Of a stretch of DNA of 64,000 nt, positions 49,941-63,950 are shown piece by piece. This stretch comes from Dendrobates tinctorius (lineage: Eukaryota): contig NW_027361825.1 of assembly GCF_039654945.1 (NCBI RefSeq), positions 22,754,001-22,818,000 of the forward strand, read 5' to 3'. Both the position numbers and the translations under genes were made by a program. Numbering within the stretch: the first letter of the stretch is position 1; each line of letters begins with the position of its first letter. The notes below the pieces were generated by a model. It was not told the origin of the DNA, searched no databases, and saw only the letters and a program-made list of their open reading frames with translations.

Positions 49941-50693
49941 AGACCTATACTAAACTTCTAATTGGAGGTATTTGCTAATATTATTAATAATACACCAACT
50001 ACATATTGGGATAGGATTTTGGAGATGGAAACACTCCTTTAATTGAAGCCCACAACTTTAGTGGACCCAGCTCATGCAAGCAGTGCACACAGGGACAGGT
50101 GGTCCAACCCTGCATGTAGTGAGCCCCGGTACTTGTCAGGGTGCACCAGGAGCTGGCGTCAGTCCTATGTATGGTACTGCTATAGATTTGTCCATTTGTA
50201 CTTTGACTCTTGACCCAATGTATCCCAAGATGATTGGTGAGAGACGACCAGCTGTCAGGTGTGAATTGCAGCTTGTCAAGGGTTTTGCTATTATGTCACA
50301 ATAAGGTATGGAATATGTAAAAGTGATTTATCTTTGGGGACAATTCTTTTTTTTTTACTTAAGTACATGTATTTTCAACTAAAAATCATTTTTGCAATTG
50401 GATTTCATTATAAAAAAAAATTGCATCGTTTGGCTTTTACAGGCTTTTTATTTCTTTGCATACTTGACTTTTATGTGGTCTGTGGTCATAAATAAGCTGA
50501 GAAGAGAATTGAAAAATATAGATAAAACTTTTACAATCTCTCCCATCAGACCCTTAGAAGGAGCTTACTGATTGATTCTCGGTTAACTCATTCTGCAGCC
50601 AGCAAAACACAGTGGAATAAAAAAATATACAGTATAATGTGCCGATTGTGTTGACGTGTCATTAATGATACTTGTTTTCATCGGTTTAACAAG

Positions 50694-50799
50694 ATGTAGA
50701 TGGAAAGCTCTGGAGGAATGAAGACACCATTCATATGATCCTCGTTATGCACAGCTGGGTGGTGCCATCTGCTGAATTTGCACGGAACCTTCTTCAACT
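50694..50799 (+). CDS. RASGRP4: RASGRP4 exon 3 (REM domain)
   Basis: DVDGKLWRNEDTIHMILVMHSWVVPSAEFARNLLQL; ends at an ATATCCTT U12 donor. Confidence 0.9.
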
Positions 50800-51048
50800 A
50801 TATCCTTACCTGCCTTGTAAAAAGCTTTACTATTAGGCCGAGTCTCACATATTAATACCCGGCACTGCGGACGGCACTCGGGAGCGGAGCGTGCGGCCGC
50901 ATAGCAATGCATGGAGCCGCACGTTCTGCTCCCGAGTGCCGGCGGCAGTGCCGGGTATTAATATGTGAGACTCGGCTGTATTCCTCACATGTGTGATCCC
51001 GGCCTTACTCCCAAAAACTCTGTGTTTATGTCCTTAACCACTAACTAC
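50800..51048 (+). other. U12-type (minor spliceosome) AT-AC intron
   Basis: 5'ss ATATCCTTAC, branch site TCCTTAAC at 51031-51038, 3'ss AC at 51047-51048; this junction keeps the protein in frame. Confidence 0.92.
50836..51004. mobile_element. Harbinger-type hairpin MITE inside the U12 intron
   Basis: GGCC termini, TTA TSD, perfect 32-bp inverted repeat 50837-50868 / 50945-50976; related to 6669-6828. Confidence 0.85.
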
Positions 51049-51102
51049 TTACAGGGAAGCTTCTCAGAACCACAGGCGAATGCAGATCTGCCATTTTCTC
51101 AG
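51049..51102 (+). CDS. RASGRP4: RASGRP4 exon 4
   Basis: YREASQNHRRMQICHFLR (cf. RRLQICHLVR); GTAAAT donor. Confidence 0.88.
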
Positions 51103-51940
51103 GTAAATATCATTTGTCTGCCCTGCCTATCTTGTTCCTGCAGTTTGTCTCGTCCCAGCTTTTACCAATACAAAGCAAATTAGTATACGTAGCCTTCTGT
51201 AGTCAAAATTCATGGTTCAGCAGCGCTGCCCTTCTTATATAGTCTCCTCCATACATTATCTAAAAATCTATCAAGTGTAACAAGGGAAGTGTTAAAGGGA
51301 TTGTGCATGTTTACAAAACTCCAAAAATTGGCTGACCGCAGGTTGTCTGTGAACAAGTATTAAATTCCTCTACAGCGCCACCAATCAAAAATTACAAGAA
51401 ATTAATGTTACTTCTGTGTGCTGCATGGACGCGCAGAGTCCTCCTGATGCACTTTTAAAGAGAACCTGTCACTTGCTTTAAATATGTAATTTTTCTTTTT
51501 TTTTAACCTAGTGTAATTTTTCTGTAATTTTTATCTGGTGTGAATGCTGCTGTTTTCCTGAATCCGGCAATGCTTATCTTTTGTTCCTATGCTTCTCCAT
51601 TCCTAAGATATGACTCACTCTTTCGTGTATATAAAAACAGTCTTGTTAACTAAGTGGGCGTGGTTTTCAGCTCTTCTAGTTTGGGAAGGTTACGCCCAGT
51701 TAGATAAAAGACTAGATTTACATACAGAGAAGAAGAGGCCATATCTCAGGAATGGAGAGGCACAGGAACAATAGAAAAACAATGCCAGATTCAGGAAAAC
51801 AGCAGCATTTACCCCAGGTAGAAAATTACCCCAGGTAGAAAAATGTACGTATTTATGGCAAGTGATAGGTCCCTTTAAAGCCGATCTGACTAATTCACAG
51901 ATGTAATTAATTATGGGTGCCACTCTTTTAGCACAATACA

Positions 51941-53509
51941 CACTGCTCAAAAAAATAAAGGGAACACTTAAACAACAGAATATAACTTCAAGTAAATCAA
52001 ACTTCTGTAAAATCAAGCTGTCCACTTAGGAAGCAACACTGACTGACAATCAATTTCACATGCTGTTGTGCAAATGGAATAGACAACAGATGGAAATTAT
52101 TGGCAATTATCAAGACACCCTCAATAAAGGAGTGGTTCTGCAGGTAAGGACCACAGACCACATCTCAGTACCAATGCTTTCTGGCTGATGTTTTGGTCAC
52201 TTTTGAATGTTGGTTGTGCTTTCACACTTGTGGTAGCATGAGACGGACTCTACAACCCACACAAGTGGCTCAGGTAGCACAGCTCATCCAGGATGGCACA
52301 TAATGCGAGCTGTGGCAAGAATGTTTGCTTTGTCTGTCAGAATAGTGTCCAGAGGCTGGAGGCGCTACCAGGAGACAGGCCAGTACACCAGGAGATATGG
52401 AGGGGGCCATAGGAGGGCAACAACACAGCAGCAGGACCGCTACCTCTGCCTTTGTACAAGGAGGAACAGGAGCACTGCCCGAGCCCTGCAAAATGACCTC
52501 CAGCAGGCCACAAATCTGCATGTGTCTGCACAAACGGTTAGAAACCGACTCCATGAGGATGGTCTGAGGGCCCGACGTCCACAGATGGGGGTTGTGCTCA
52601 CAGCTCAACACCGTGCAGGACGCTTGGCATTTGCCACAGAACACCAGGATTGGCAAATTCGCCACTGGCGCCCTGTGCTCTTCACAGATGAATGCAGGTT
52701 CACAATGAGCACATGTGACAGGCGTGACAGAGTCTGGAGATGCCGTGGAGAGCGATCTGCTGCCTGCAACATCCTTCAACATGACCGGTTTGACAGTTGG
52801 TCAGTAATGGTGTGGGGTGGTATTTCTTTGGAGGGCCGCACAGCCCTCCATGTGCTCGCCAGAGGTAGCCTGACTGCCATTAGGTACCAAGATGAGATCC
52901 TCAGACCCCTTGTGAGACCATATGTTGGTGCGGTTGGACCTGGGTTCCTCCTAATGCAGGATAATGCTTCATGTGGCTAGAGTGTGTCAGTAGTTCCTGC
53001 AAGATGAAGGCATTGAAGCTATGGACTGGCCCGTTCGTTCCCCAGACCTGAATCCGATTGAGCACATCTGGGACATCATGTCTCGCTCCATCCACCAACG
53101 TCATGTTACACTACAGACTGTCCAGGATGCTTTAGTCCAGGTCTGGGAGGAGATCCCTCAGGAGACCATCCGCTGCATCATCAGTAGCATGCCCAGGCGT
53201 TGTACAGTAGGGGAGGTCAGACTGGCATGTGGAGGCCACACACACTACTGAGCATCTTTTCCTTGTCATGAGGCATTTCCACTGAAATTGGATCAGCCTG
53301 TAATTTGATTTTCCACTTTGATTTTGAGTATCATTCCAAATCCAGACCTTCATGGGATATTCATTTTGATTTACATTGATAATTGGTATGTTTTATTGTT
53401 CTGAACACATTCCACTATGTAATGAATAAAAATTTGCAACTGCAATATTTCATTCAGCGATATCTAGGATGTGGTATTTTAGTGTTCCCTTTATTTTTTT
53501 TGAGCAGTG
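51941..53509 (+). mobile_element. Full-length Tc1 transposon with a degenerate transposase (~52238-53251)
   Basis: TIRs CACTGCTCAAAAAAATAAAGGGAACACT; VLFTDE, MQDNA, SPDLNPIEHIW motifs; frameshifts. Confidence 0.92.
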
Positions 53510-53807
53510 TACATTAACAGGTATTCAAAAAGTGGATTTAAACTAGAAATTGCCTATAAGATGGTATAGAAATCCTAATCCTCAGTGGTAATCATTCTAC
53601 AATTATGAGTTAAAAAATTGCTGCAAACTTCAACAACCCACAGAGCTGTCTGAAAAGGAAATCAATTGTTTTTCTAATTTTGTACAATCCCTTTAAATAT
53701 GACTTACTTTCATTATATATACTATATATATATTATAATATGTGTGTATATGTGCAAACCTCATTTTACTGCCAATATTGCTAATCTCGGTCCCCCCTTG
53801 ACTTTAG

Positions 53808-53942
53808 GTTTTGGGTGAATCAGTATCCAGAGGTGTTTCGTAAGGACAATGAACTGGAAGAACTGATGGGTGATTTCTGGGAAGTGGTAAAGGAGAAAAG
53901 AAGACCAAGCGATCCACGACAAAGCATTGAATTCTCGTGTTT
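53808..53942 (+). CDS. RASGRP4: RASGRP4 exon 5
   Basis: FWVNQYPEVFRKDNELEELMGDFWEVV...; canonical splice sites, phases match. Confidence 0.88.
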
Positions 53943-55322
53943 GTAAGCAGTCTTTCAGCATTCATGAAAATCAGAGTTGTCCATTGAAGCTTACAGTTTA
54001 TCATTTATTATACTGGGGTTTTCTTACGGGGCAAAAGTCGTTGTGTCTCTTTAAAGAGTAACCATCATTTTAACTTATTCTTCCCATAAACTAACAATGT
54101 ACATGAACATAGGCAACTTTGTAATAGATCTTATCAAATAAATCTGCTTATTTCTCCTCCTGGTCTGATCATTTATTCTCTGTTCAAGCTTGAAATCTGT
54201 TGTCAGTGAATACTGAATGACCGAGATAGATGTCAGTTGGTGCTTATAAAGTTTTATGGAGAACTGTAACTGAACTTGCAATAGCATGTCTGTCTCGGCC
54301 TGTAGCTCCTCCGTCCTTCATAGAATTTTACAAGCACCAACTGTCATCTCCTATCTCACAAATGGGAAGATCTGACGTCACAGAATACAGTTTTACAGAT
54401 TTTCCCCATGAATTGAGTGAATGATCAGTCCAAGAGAAAGAAGCAGATTTACGTGATAGGATGTATTATAAAGTTTATTATTTTCATATGCACTATTGAT
54501 TTATGAAACAAAAATTAAAATGACATTGACTCTTTAAGCTTCAGGGTCTGTATGGGGTGGAGGTCAAATATGCACACAACCGACCCATTAATTGCCTATA
54601 GGACGACCGAAAATATCTGGTGGAGCTTCAAATGATCAGCAGGTTACCACCTATAGCTGGTCTGTGACACCCTACTAGGGTGTCTATACTAGGTAGCAGA
54701 TTGGGCATTTGTTGTGACATCCAGCATCCAAGGGTGCCCACCTCCACTCAGGTGTGATCTAATGGGAGACAATAGAAAATGAGGCTAAAACCCAAGTAGG
54801 AAAATGAAAACCAAAATATTCCTAATCATGGTGGAGTACATATTTGATGCAGTCTATGATTATAAGTCAACCAAGAGACGGTCAGGAAAAGACAACTGTC
54901 AGACCAAAATCACTGACAGAGTCTCAGTTAACTCATTCTGCAGCAACAGAGACTATAGAAGGCGTAGGGTGCAAAATTTTTAGAAAGCCAATCTGAAAAA
55001 TTATTTTTAACCCAAAATACATGCACTTTAAGCAAAAATAAATGATGGAAGAACAACCCCTTTAAGCCAATTTTTGTCTAGGCTTGTCCTTATTGAAGGA
55101 TATGAAAATGTAATGTAGAGAGGTCGATGTTAGTTCTTTCTAGATGTGTTTTAATATCCAAGATGAGCCATTGCTGAAGTGTTGCAGGAATTTGGGCAGC
55201 GCGTCCATTGCTGGAAGATTCTCCATTGCTCCAAGTATTCATTTGAGAATGATGGTTCAGTAGAGTCTTTGAATACATTATGTTTAATGATCAGAATTCT
55301 TCTCACTTTTTTTTTGTGACAG

Positions 55323-55470
55323 TTCTGATCAAGAAATCAAGAAACCGTTTCTGCAGTCTCCTAGCTTTAATAAAAAGAGGAAGGTCTCTCTTCTTTTCGA
55401 TCACCTGGAGCCATCAGAACTCGCAGATCATCTCACCTACCTGGAATTTAAATGTTTCTGCAGGATTTCG
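55323..55470 (+). CDS. RASGRP4: RASGRP4 exon 6
   Basis: [33 protein letters not shown] (start of the RasGEF/CDC25 domain). Confidence 0.93.
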
Positions 55471-55877
55471 GTAAATTATCTCCTAGGCAAATCTCAGTGA
55501 CCTTTTTGCATATTTAATCTCATCTTATGTGGAAATTTAAATACTTCCTGAACTTCCTCTTTGTGAAATTTCCACATGTATCTTCTGCTTGGAGAAGTCA
55601 AAAACCGATATATAACAATTATAAAAATCCTACAGGTCTCAGGATAGGTCACTTAAAGCAAAGATATTATCAGAAAATTACCTATTGATTGATCAGGATG
55701 TTGTTTTAAACGGGTTTTTTTTTTTAATTTTTGATAATTTTTGTTTGTCCATATTACACTCGGTATTAAAAAGAAAATATAGAAATCTTGTAATTCTCAC
55801 ATCAGCCACCGGGGCTTTTTTTTAGACTGTGACGATCTGTTGTTTCAGGAAACAACACATGTACAATGAACAGACAC

Positions 55878-57105
55878 TGTAACGAAACAAGAGTCCGGGG
55901 GATACGGATACCCCCCCCCCCCGCCGTCACCAATCTGTGATGGAGCTTCCACAGTCACAGTTCTCTGGTACCCCCTTACACTCAGGTCAGTCAGGGAACT
56001 GCACCTAGGATAAGTAGTCACCGGAGAGGCTACTGGTTATCCGGTCAGTCTGCAGTAAGGGTAGTATATACATCACCAGTCCCAGGCTGGGAATATATAT
56101 ATAAACCTCCGGTCTGTCACTGCCAGGATCCCCCAATAACACCAGAGCGGTATGCTGCCACAAGTTCCTCGTTAGATATAAGCCTGGTCTGTTAACAAGC
56201 TTATATCGGGTCAGAAACCAACCCCAAGTAGTGTATAAGCACTAACCGGACTCATGGATGTGGGAAATTGAATTTCGAGATAAAAGAGCAGCCAAAAATT
56301 AATTGATATTTTAATTGCCGAAAGGCGCACTAGATAATACAAATATATACAGAGTAATATGCAGGTATTGTAGCCAGAAGTACAGATAAAGTTAGGGTAC
56401 AGGTATGGGATTGCAGTTAGCAGTATGTGTCACATTACCATTCCTTATAACTTGTGGATGAAGGGAAGCTGTCATATCCACAGGCACCTTCTTAGTTTCT
56501 GGTCCGTCTCCACGCTTGACGGGACGCGGCTTCCATGGCAGGACTAAATTCTCCTCCCTTGACCTCCTAGCTGAAATAATTCCCAATAACTAGGCTGAGT
56601 CATAACTTCCTAGGGGGAGGTCCAAACGGAACGACTGACGTCTCAATGGGTTCATTGGGGCTGGATCGATATGGAGAGTCCAAACTTGGGTCGGCTAAGT
56701 GGTTCTGGAGAGCTAGTCTCGATAGCTTGGTATCCGGGATAGCTAGAGAACGATGAGACACAGGGGTGTATGCAGAGTGCTCCCAGGCTTCTGGTGGTAT
56801 ATTGGACTTAACCCTGAGGTGCACGGTACTCTCATAACTCATCTCTTGGTGTGAGTGACACTTGGTCTGGAGCTTCCATTGATAGCTACTTGATGTTGGC
56901 TGCCTTGCACAAAAGACAGCAGGGGGTCCCAGGTCTGCTCCTCCTCGCCTGCATTAACAAGTGGCCTCTAACTCTCTGGCCATATGGCAAAGTTCTGTTC
57001 TTTTTGGAATGTGGAGGCAACAACCCTGCTGTGAAAGGAGATCTCTGGATAATCTATGGGGCCTGAAATAATAAATCCAAAATGGAGTCTCCCTCGTCCC
57101 TCACA
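55878..57105. mobile_element. Solo LTR
   Basis: TG...CA termini with a perfect 5-bp TSD GACAC. Confidence 0.82.
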
Positions 57106-58723
57106 GACACTTTTTTACTAAAGCATCTAATGAGCGTGTGCAAATGTCACTGTGAAAGGAGGAAGAGTTGTGACATTGAATATTGTGATTGGTGAATCCT
57201 GTGTTACAAGCTGTGTATAGTGGTGTTATCTGTCATTATAATCCTGCCTCTGATGATAAGGAGCCTCCTGAAACCACTTACTGAAAAGTCATGAAGTAGG
57301 AGACTAAAAAAAAGATACTAGTGGCCATTATGAAAATTGCAAGATTGTTATTTTTTTCTTTTACTAAAAAAGATCATGATAAATAGATTCCTAAATATAA
57401 AAAAAAATGCAATGCAAAAACCTGGTTTAAAGAATATGTCAGCCTCTGACACTCTACAATTTTCCATTTAGACCGACTCCCCTGAATGGCTAAATAGTAC
57501 AAGACCCTCAACCGTGCTTGATAAGTAGCCGGATATTTGCATGGTCTAATATACTTCGTCATCTTCTACTAACAATTATGGATTATTGGTACTTTATGTG
57601 TTATCTCCTGACCACATGTTGTCAATAAGGGTAGTACTAATTTTGCCTTAATATATGATGCACTATTGGGAAATTTGGTGTGACCCCAACTGAATGGAAG
57701 GAAGAAAAGGGTATGTAGTCTGGGTGTAGTGGTCAAAAACAATTACGGTATTTCCACCCATATCAAACCTACTTGGATTAATAGACTTTTACAATATAAC
57801 AGTGCCTTTCTATCCAGAATTAAAGGGGTTATTCTCATCGGCATAGAAGGATATTGTCGGATAGAGTTTGTAAAAATAAGCATTTTAGCAGTATACTACT
57901 TATTAAAATTTACAACCGTTCTTGAGTTATTAGTGCTTTTCTTTTGTTTACAGCTGGTTACCTAAGAGACCGACCATCGCTGCTTTCTAGCTTGTAAGCG
58001 TTGCACCGAAACAGTCTGGGATTAGGAGATAACAACAGTGTTCCATTAATTCTGGACAGCTTCCGAGAAGCGCATTATAAAAAAGATTTTACGCACTGCA
58101 CTTGTTTGGCCACCACTGCTAGAGAACAATGGTGGTCGGTCACCTAGGAAACATACTGTAAACAAAAGAAAAGTGTTAATATCTCAAGAACAACTGCAAA
58201 TTCTAACAAACGTTAAATTGCAAAAGTGCTGTTTTTATCAAAAACTATTCAACAATGCCCATAAATGAGGATGGGAAAAATCACCTTAAGGTCTTCATCG
58301 GGCCCTTTTGTCGATCTGTAATCACTTTATGGAGATTTCTAGCTAGGGTCTGTGAGCAGCTCCTTGGAAGCTGTTTTTTTCATCTACCTACTAAAACTAG
58401 CGAGTAGAAGGGTTAATTAAAATTGAGGTGTCCAACCAGGAGATGAAAGTCAGCAGAACCAATCTACAACTTGAATAGTAGAAGAAGGTCCCAATTCCAT
58501 CCTTCAACAGATGTCAGTGGTAAGAAGAATTAGCCATGTTAGATTTTATCATTTGTTGAAAACCTACATGGAAGCAAAAGTCTAGCAGGGATTTATTGAA
58601 AGGAAATGGACGCTTGACCCTATATATGGAGGAGTCAGGGAGATAATCTGGACATGTTTGTAAGTTTTTGGACAACTTTAGGTATAACTTTGTATGGTCC
58701 GACATTGTTTTTTTTCCCCACAG

Positions 58724-58897
58724 CATTTAGACTATCAAAGCTACACGTTACAAAATTCTCTAAGGGAAATTCCTCGACTGGAGCGATCGGTCAACTTGTG
58801 CAATAGTATTTCTCAATGGGTTCAGCTGATGATCCTCAACCGTCCAACTCCACAGCAGAGGGCGGAGGTGTTTACCAAGTTCATTCAGGTGACGCAG
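58724..58897 (+). CDS. RASGRP4: RASGRP4 exon 7
   Basis: HLDYQSY...[40 protein letters not shown]. Confidence 0.93.
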
Positions 58898-59692
58898 GTA
58901 AGAACTAAAATAAAAGTTAAAACCAAAAATAGAAACAAAATGAACATACACTCTACAGTAAGTAAATAGTAATAGTATATATTAATATACACATTGTTTT
59001 TGATCAAAAAAGCGTAAAAGCCATCCCACCGGAACAAGGTGTACCTAATCGGAACGATCCTACCCTCTAATATTAGAACCTCACCTTGTGTCAGATGACC
59101 TCAATGTAGACGGGGCAGAATATGACCGCGTCCAATTGGTCAGACACCTGTCCACGGGAAGCTATATAAATGAAGTGTCTATTTCACAAAAGTGGGAGAA
59201 ATGCCCATTCGTACAAGAAACTACAACAAAAACAAAGAAATGAGCCGGAGTAAAAGTTGATATACTGTACATACAACATAAAGAAACAATAAAAGTTAGC
59301 TGTTGGACAAGAGAAGAGTCTGCCTCCAAAAATTTGCCAAAATTTAGACCCCGTTGGTCAAAAAATAAAACCATCAGTGATCAGCTTGTTTGAGTCTTTT
59401 AACATTCTTGTCTGATGTCCTACCGACTGTCGAAATCCTAGATATGCTGTAGCTGTGAGTTGGGTCCATGTCCTCCTTTTTCTATGAGTAAGGGAAACCT
59501 CATAGATTGTTCCCACACATGCAACGTTTCACAATGTTTATTCTCTAATCTAACAGAATGACATAGCAGAACATGTACACATGTCTATCCGGAGTATAGA
59601 TTACTGGCCATTTTAGATGGTGATGTGAAGGAAGGAAGCAGGGTATCTACTTTTGTAAATGTTTTAATTTATTATTGATCTATGTTTTACAG

Positions 59693-59809
59693 AAACTTCG
59701 CAAACTACAGAACTTCAATACTCTCATGGCCGTGATTGGGGGATTATGTCACAGTGCTATATCCAGACTGAAAGAGACCCATAGTTACCTGTCTCACGAT
59801 GTGTTAAAA
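59693..59809 (+). CDS. RASGRP4: RASGRP4 exon 8; gene continues beyond the window
   Basis: [39 protein letters not shown]. Confidence 0.93.
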
Positions 59810-61629
59810 GTGAGTGCGGAAAATGTTGATTGAAAATGGACCGAGACTGGATTATCCGCTAGACTGACAGTACAGTAGACCTTTTGAAAAAAAAATGAGG
59901 GCCATATGGGTCATTGACATTATTTGGGTAAACTTTGTTTAGGGCCAATGGCCACTTGTTTTCCAACTGCTAAATACTGGGAGACGGATATTAGTCGTAG
60001 AAATCTTCTCTTATGGGCGACCATTCCTTGTTGACCCTAATAGACCATCAATATCTAATTGATTGGAATTTGACACCGACTGTCAATCAAATGATTGAAA
60101 GAATTGCCACACTTAAAGGGGACCTGTCACTTGCAATAAATCTATAATTTTTTTACATGGTGTAAGTGCTGCTGTTCTCCCGAATCCGGCAACGTTTCTC
60201 TTTTGCTCCTGCTCCTCCCTGTTCCTGGGATATAGCCTCCTTTTCCCTGTATAGAAATCTAGTCCTGTTAGCCAATTAGATGTGATCCTGAGCTCTTCTC
60301 AATGTGAGTGTTCTTAAGGACTACACCCACTTGGCTAAAAAAGCCTAGATATTTATACAGGAAAAAGGGGTGATATCTCAGGAACAGAGAGGCGCAGAAA
60401 CAAAAGAAAACCATCACTGGATTCAGGAGAACAGTGGCAATTACACCAAGTTAGAAAAAATACATATTTTCATGGAAACAGATGTTTTTTTTTGTTTAAA
60501 GGGAGTCTGTCAAATTCAAAGTCTGTATCAATGTAAGAGTATATCTTTGTGGGGGACTTTACTTTAAGAGGAGCGATACCTTTATTTTATATATTAATTC
60601 TGAAGAAAACATGTTATAGGTTTACATGCAAATGAGGTGTTCAGAGCATCGTGGGCATGTTCTGGAGTACCCTTCTTCCGACAAGCTAGTTTCCTAATGT
60701 GCTTTCCCAAATACATGTCATCAATATTTAAGTCTGAAAAAAACAACCTATTAAGCCAATAATATCAGCTGCTTTTCTTTTTTTAATGTTCTTTCCTTTT
60801 TACCTTTCTTGTTATTAACCCTCCGATGAGTAACGTCCTTGTCCAGAAGATAAAACAGGAGACTGATTTAAGGTTTACAAAATTGAGAAAAGTCTAGAAC
60901 TAGCAAACTTAAGAAACAATGTGTCAAGAAGCGAGTTGCATTCTTAGCAAGTTGCATTCGACATTTCTGAAAGACGTAAACTGCAAACGCCACTCGGGTC
61001 TCGTTCTAAGAAACCTACCACAACTGTTTACCACAAGATTACAAGGCGATTTCTTCAGCAGTTACGTATTGGTTTAACCCTTCATTGAGGTAACCACAAG
61101 TCAAGACAATTACCGGTCAATATTAAATGAATCTTTATTCACTCTCAATAAACATACTATGAAGGGTCAATGTTTAACTTTTTTTCACCCTTAGTATTCA
61201 GGTAGACTAGACTCATGGTGGTTTGTGCGGGCGTTAAACAAAATTAATGTTAAAAAACTAAGAGTTGAATTGTGTTACGTTTGTAACAAGCTGCTGGCAA
61301 GGAAATCTTTATTTAATACTTTATCAAAAAAAGTACCGGCATACAATATTAGGCTTAATCTGTGCAAAAGAAACCCAACCCCCTTTAAATATCCCCTGTA
61401 CTAATTACTGCTAGGAAAAACATTTGTATTTGTAAAGATGAACCCATAATAACCATAATATTTAGAGCGCTAAATGACAAATAACACTGTTCTATAGATT
61501 TTCAAAAGTTGTCAGGTTCAGTTAGGAAATGAGCCATTTCTTAATGATTTTGATCTTCTGAATTCAAAACTGACAATGAAAATTTTTAGCTTCTACAATA
61601 TCAGTTTTCCTTTTACTACTACGTAGAAT

Positions 61630-63125
61630 TAGAGATGGGCAAACCCCTGTATGTTCGGGTTCAGCGGGTTCATGAATCAGAACACGGAACCCATTCACTT
61701 GAATGGGGTCCCGAACGAACATCCAGTGTTTGCCACTCTGTCATGTGCATGACAGTGCAGCAAATGCTGCCTCTGATGGGCAGTAAAATCATTACTGCCG
61801 GTCAGACAGCTGCAGTTCCCAGGAGGCCGTCTGAAAATCAGGTGCGCTCACCAGGAGAAATTTCTATCTCCCGGTGAACTCTCTGAGCTCAGCGCTGCAC
61901 CATGACACTTTTTCTCACTCTGTTAGCAGTGATCTCACCAAGATCCAAGTAGTTCAGGGGCCCAGCGAGGAATGCAGCCTCAGTGACTGGAGGTAACCTC
62001 GATGATGTCACTGCTAGTCACTGACGTGGAATGGGCATTAGGGGAGTATAACTTTTTTTTTAAATAAAGTAAAATTGTGTTTTGTTAATTTCAAGTAAAG
62101 GACTTTACACTTGCTGTATGTTTATTTACAATATAACTATAGGATTAGTTATGGATAAGTGTCTTATAGATGACTCCCCATTACTAATCCATGGGCTTGA
62201 TGTCAACAGACAATAAAAAGGAGACATCAACCCCACAAATATGAACTCCACTTGCTACCGCTACAGGGCAAGTGGGAAGAGCCCAGTAAAGTGTTAGAAT
62301 TGGCGCATCTAATAAATGCAACTTTTCTGGGTGGCTGCGGGCTGCTATTTTTAAGCTGGGGGGGACAATATCCATGGCCCCTTAACAGCCTGAGATTACA
62401 AGCCCCCAGCTGTCTGCTTTAGCTTGGCTGGTTGTCAAAAAATGGTGGTTTTTTTTAAAATTAATTATTTAAATAATTTTAAAAAAACAGCGTGGGGACC
62501 CTCTATTCTTGTTAACCAGCCTTGCTAAAACTCACAGCTGACGGTTGCAGCTCTCAGCTGTCTGTGTTGACTGGCTGGTTATCAAAAATACAGGGTAACC
62601 CACGGCACGTTTTGTATTTATTTAAAGCACAGACTGTTACAAGATATGTGAATTGTTACATGTATATTGATATCCACTGTTTATTGTTTAAAATCTTTTG
62701 AAACCTACATAAAAATAACTGGTTTAAAAAAAAAAAAGCACAGACTGTGGCTGATGAATACTTCCATCAGTCACCACCTGTTCTCACTGTTATTAGTGGC
62801 AACAAGAGTTGGCTGATGGGAGTTGTATTCCCATCAGCCGAAGCCAGTGACCGGAGGTAAACTTTTTACCTCTGATCACAGCTGATTTTCCAGAATGGGT
62901 ACCACGGCTGTCTGACCGGCCTTTAATGATTTTACCGCCAATCAGAAGCATTGTTTGCCGCTCTGTTATGCACATGATAGCATAAGAAGCACCTGGTGTT
63001 TGGGATGCCTAACCTGAACAGTAGCACGGACTTCCTGGTGAAGTCAGTGTTCGGGGTCCGTGCCTGAACTCAGTAGGTGTTCGGTATGGACCATGAACTT
63101 TACTGTGAGGGTTCGGCCATCTCTA
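61630..63125. mobile_element. Non-autonomous hAT element
   Basis: TIR TAGAGATGG / CCATCTCTA; 8-bp TSD CGTAGAAT / CGTATAAT. Internal sequence is shared with ~37340-37610. Confidence 0.8.
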
Positions 63126-63327
63126 CGTATAATTAATGCATAAAAGTTTCAGTACTTTGAAACATTATTAATTTTGCAAATATAAAGATGCTAAATATTT
63201 TGTTATGCCAATATTCTGATACTTTTTTTTAAAGGAAACATGGAAACAACTCAACTAAAAACATGACTAAACACTATTATGAATTGTAAAGAGTTACAGA
63301 AATTACACAACAGAATTTGCTCCTCAT

Positions 63328-63950
63328 TCAGTGACTAATCTTTTTTGCTTGTCTATTGTATTCATGCATCGGATCATCTCTTGCAATTGTCCAACAGTAG
63401 TCTACAAGCATTGATGGATTCCATTTTCCTTGATATCTTGTTTCCATACCTGCAATATCTTGGTGAAATCTCTCACCGTGCTCATCACTCACTGCTCTGC
63501 AGATTGGTAGAAAAAAGTTTAGATGCAAATGTAAGGAATGAGTCTTTACGGACGTTACAGTCAAGATCCTTCTGTTTTGAAGAGTTTTTCCACCAACTCT
63601 TCAAAGTTCTCTGCTCGAGTTTCCCATTCTTTATCTTTGCTTCACTCAACCTTGGAAATTTATCAGAGATACTTGAGTGCTTTTGCATTTTTATCCATTG
63701 CCTTTGCAAAGTTCTTCATTAGGCCCAACTTGATATGCAATGGTGGTAACAATCTTATGTCTGTCAACAAGAGATGGATGCACTACATTTTTACTCCCTG
63801 GCTAAAACGAACGTTGGAGAGGCCAGTCTTTTTTATTGTGGTGATATTCTCCTGCACAGACTATCCAACTCACATAAAGCAGCAGTACTTTGTGTATCCA
63901 CTCTGGATATTAAGAGGGCAGCCACCTTTAAGTCACCATAGTGGGGCCAC
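63328..63950 (-). pseudogene. Degenerate DNA transposase, probably Chapaev3 (CMC) type
   Basis: GYTKYCCFM, LLPPLHIKLGLMKNF and VSDEHGERFHQDI...RYQGKW...DYCW motifs with deletions. Confidence 0.65.

Noticed and set aside
58900-59560. Possible Penelope-derived fragment (also ~19380-19900)
   Set aside because: Only a general resemblance and a partial GAAACGTT motif; no full hammerhead core or ORF.
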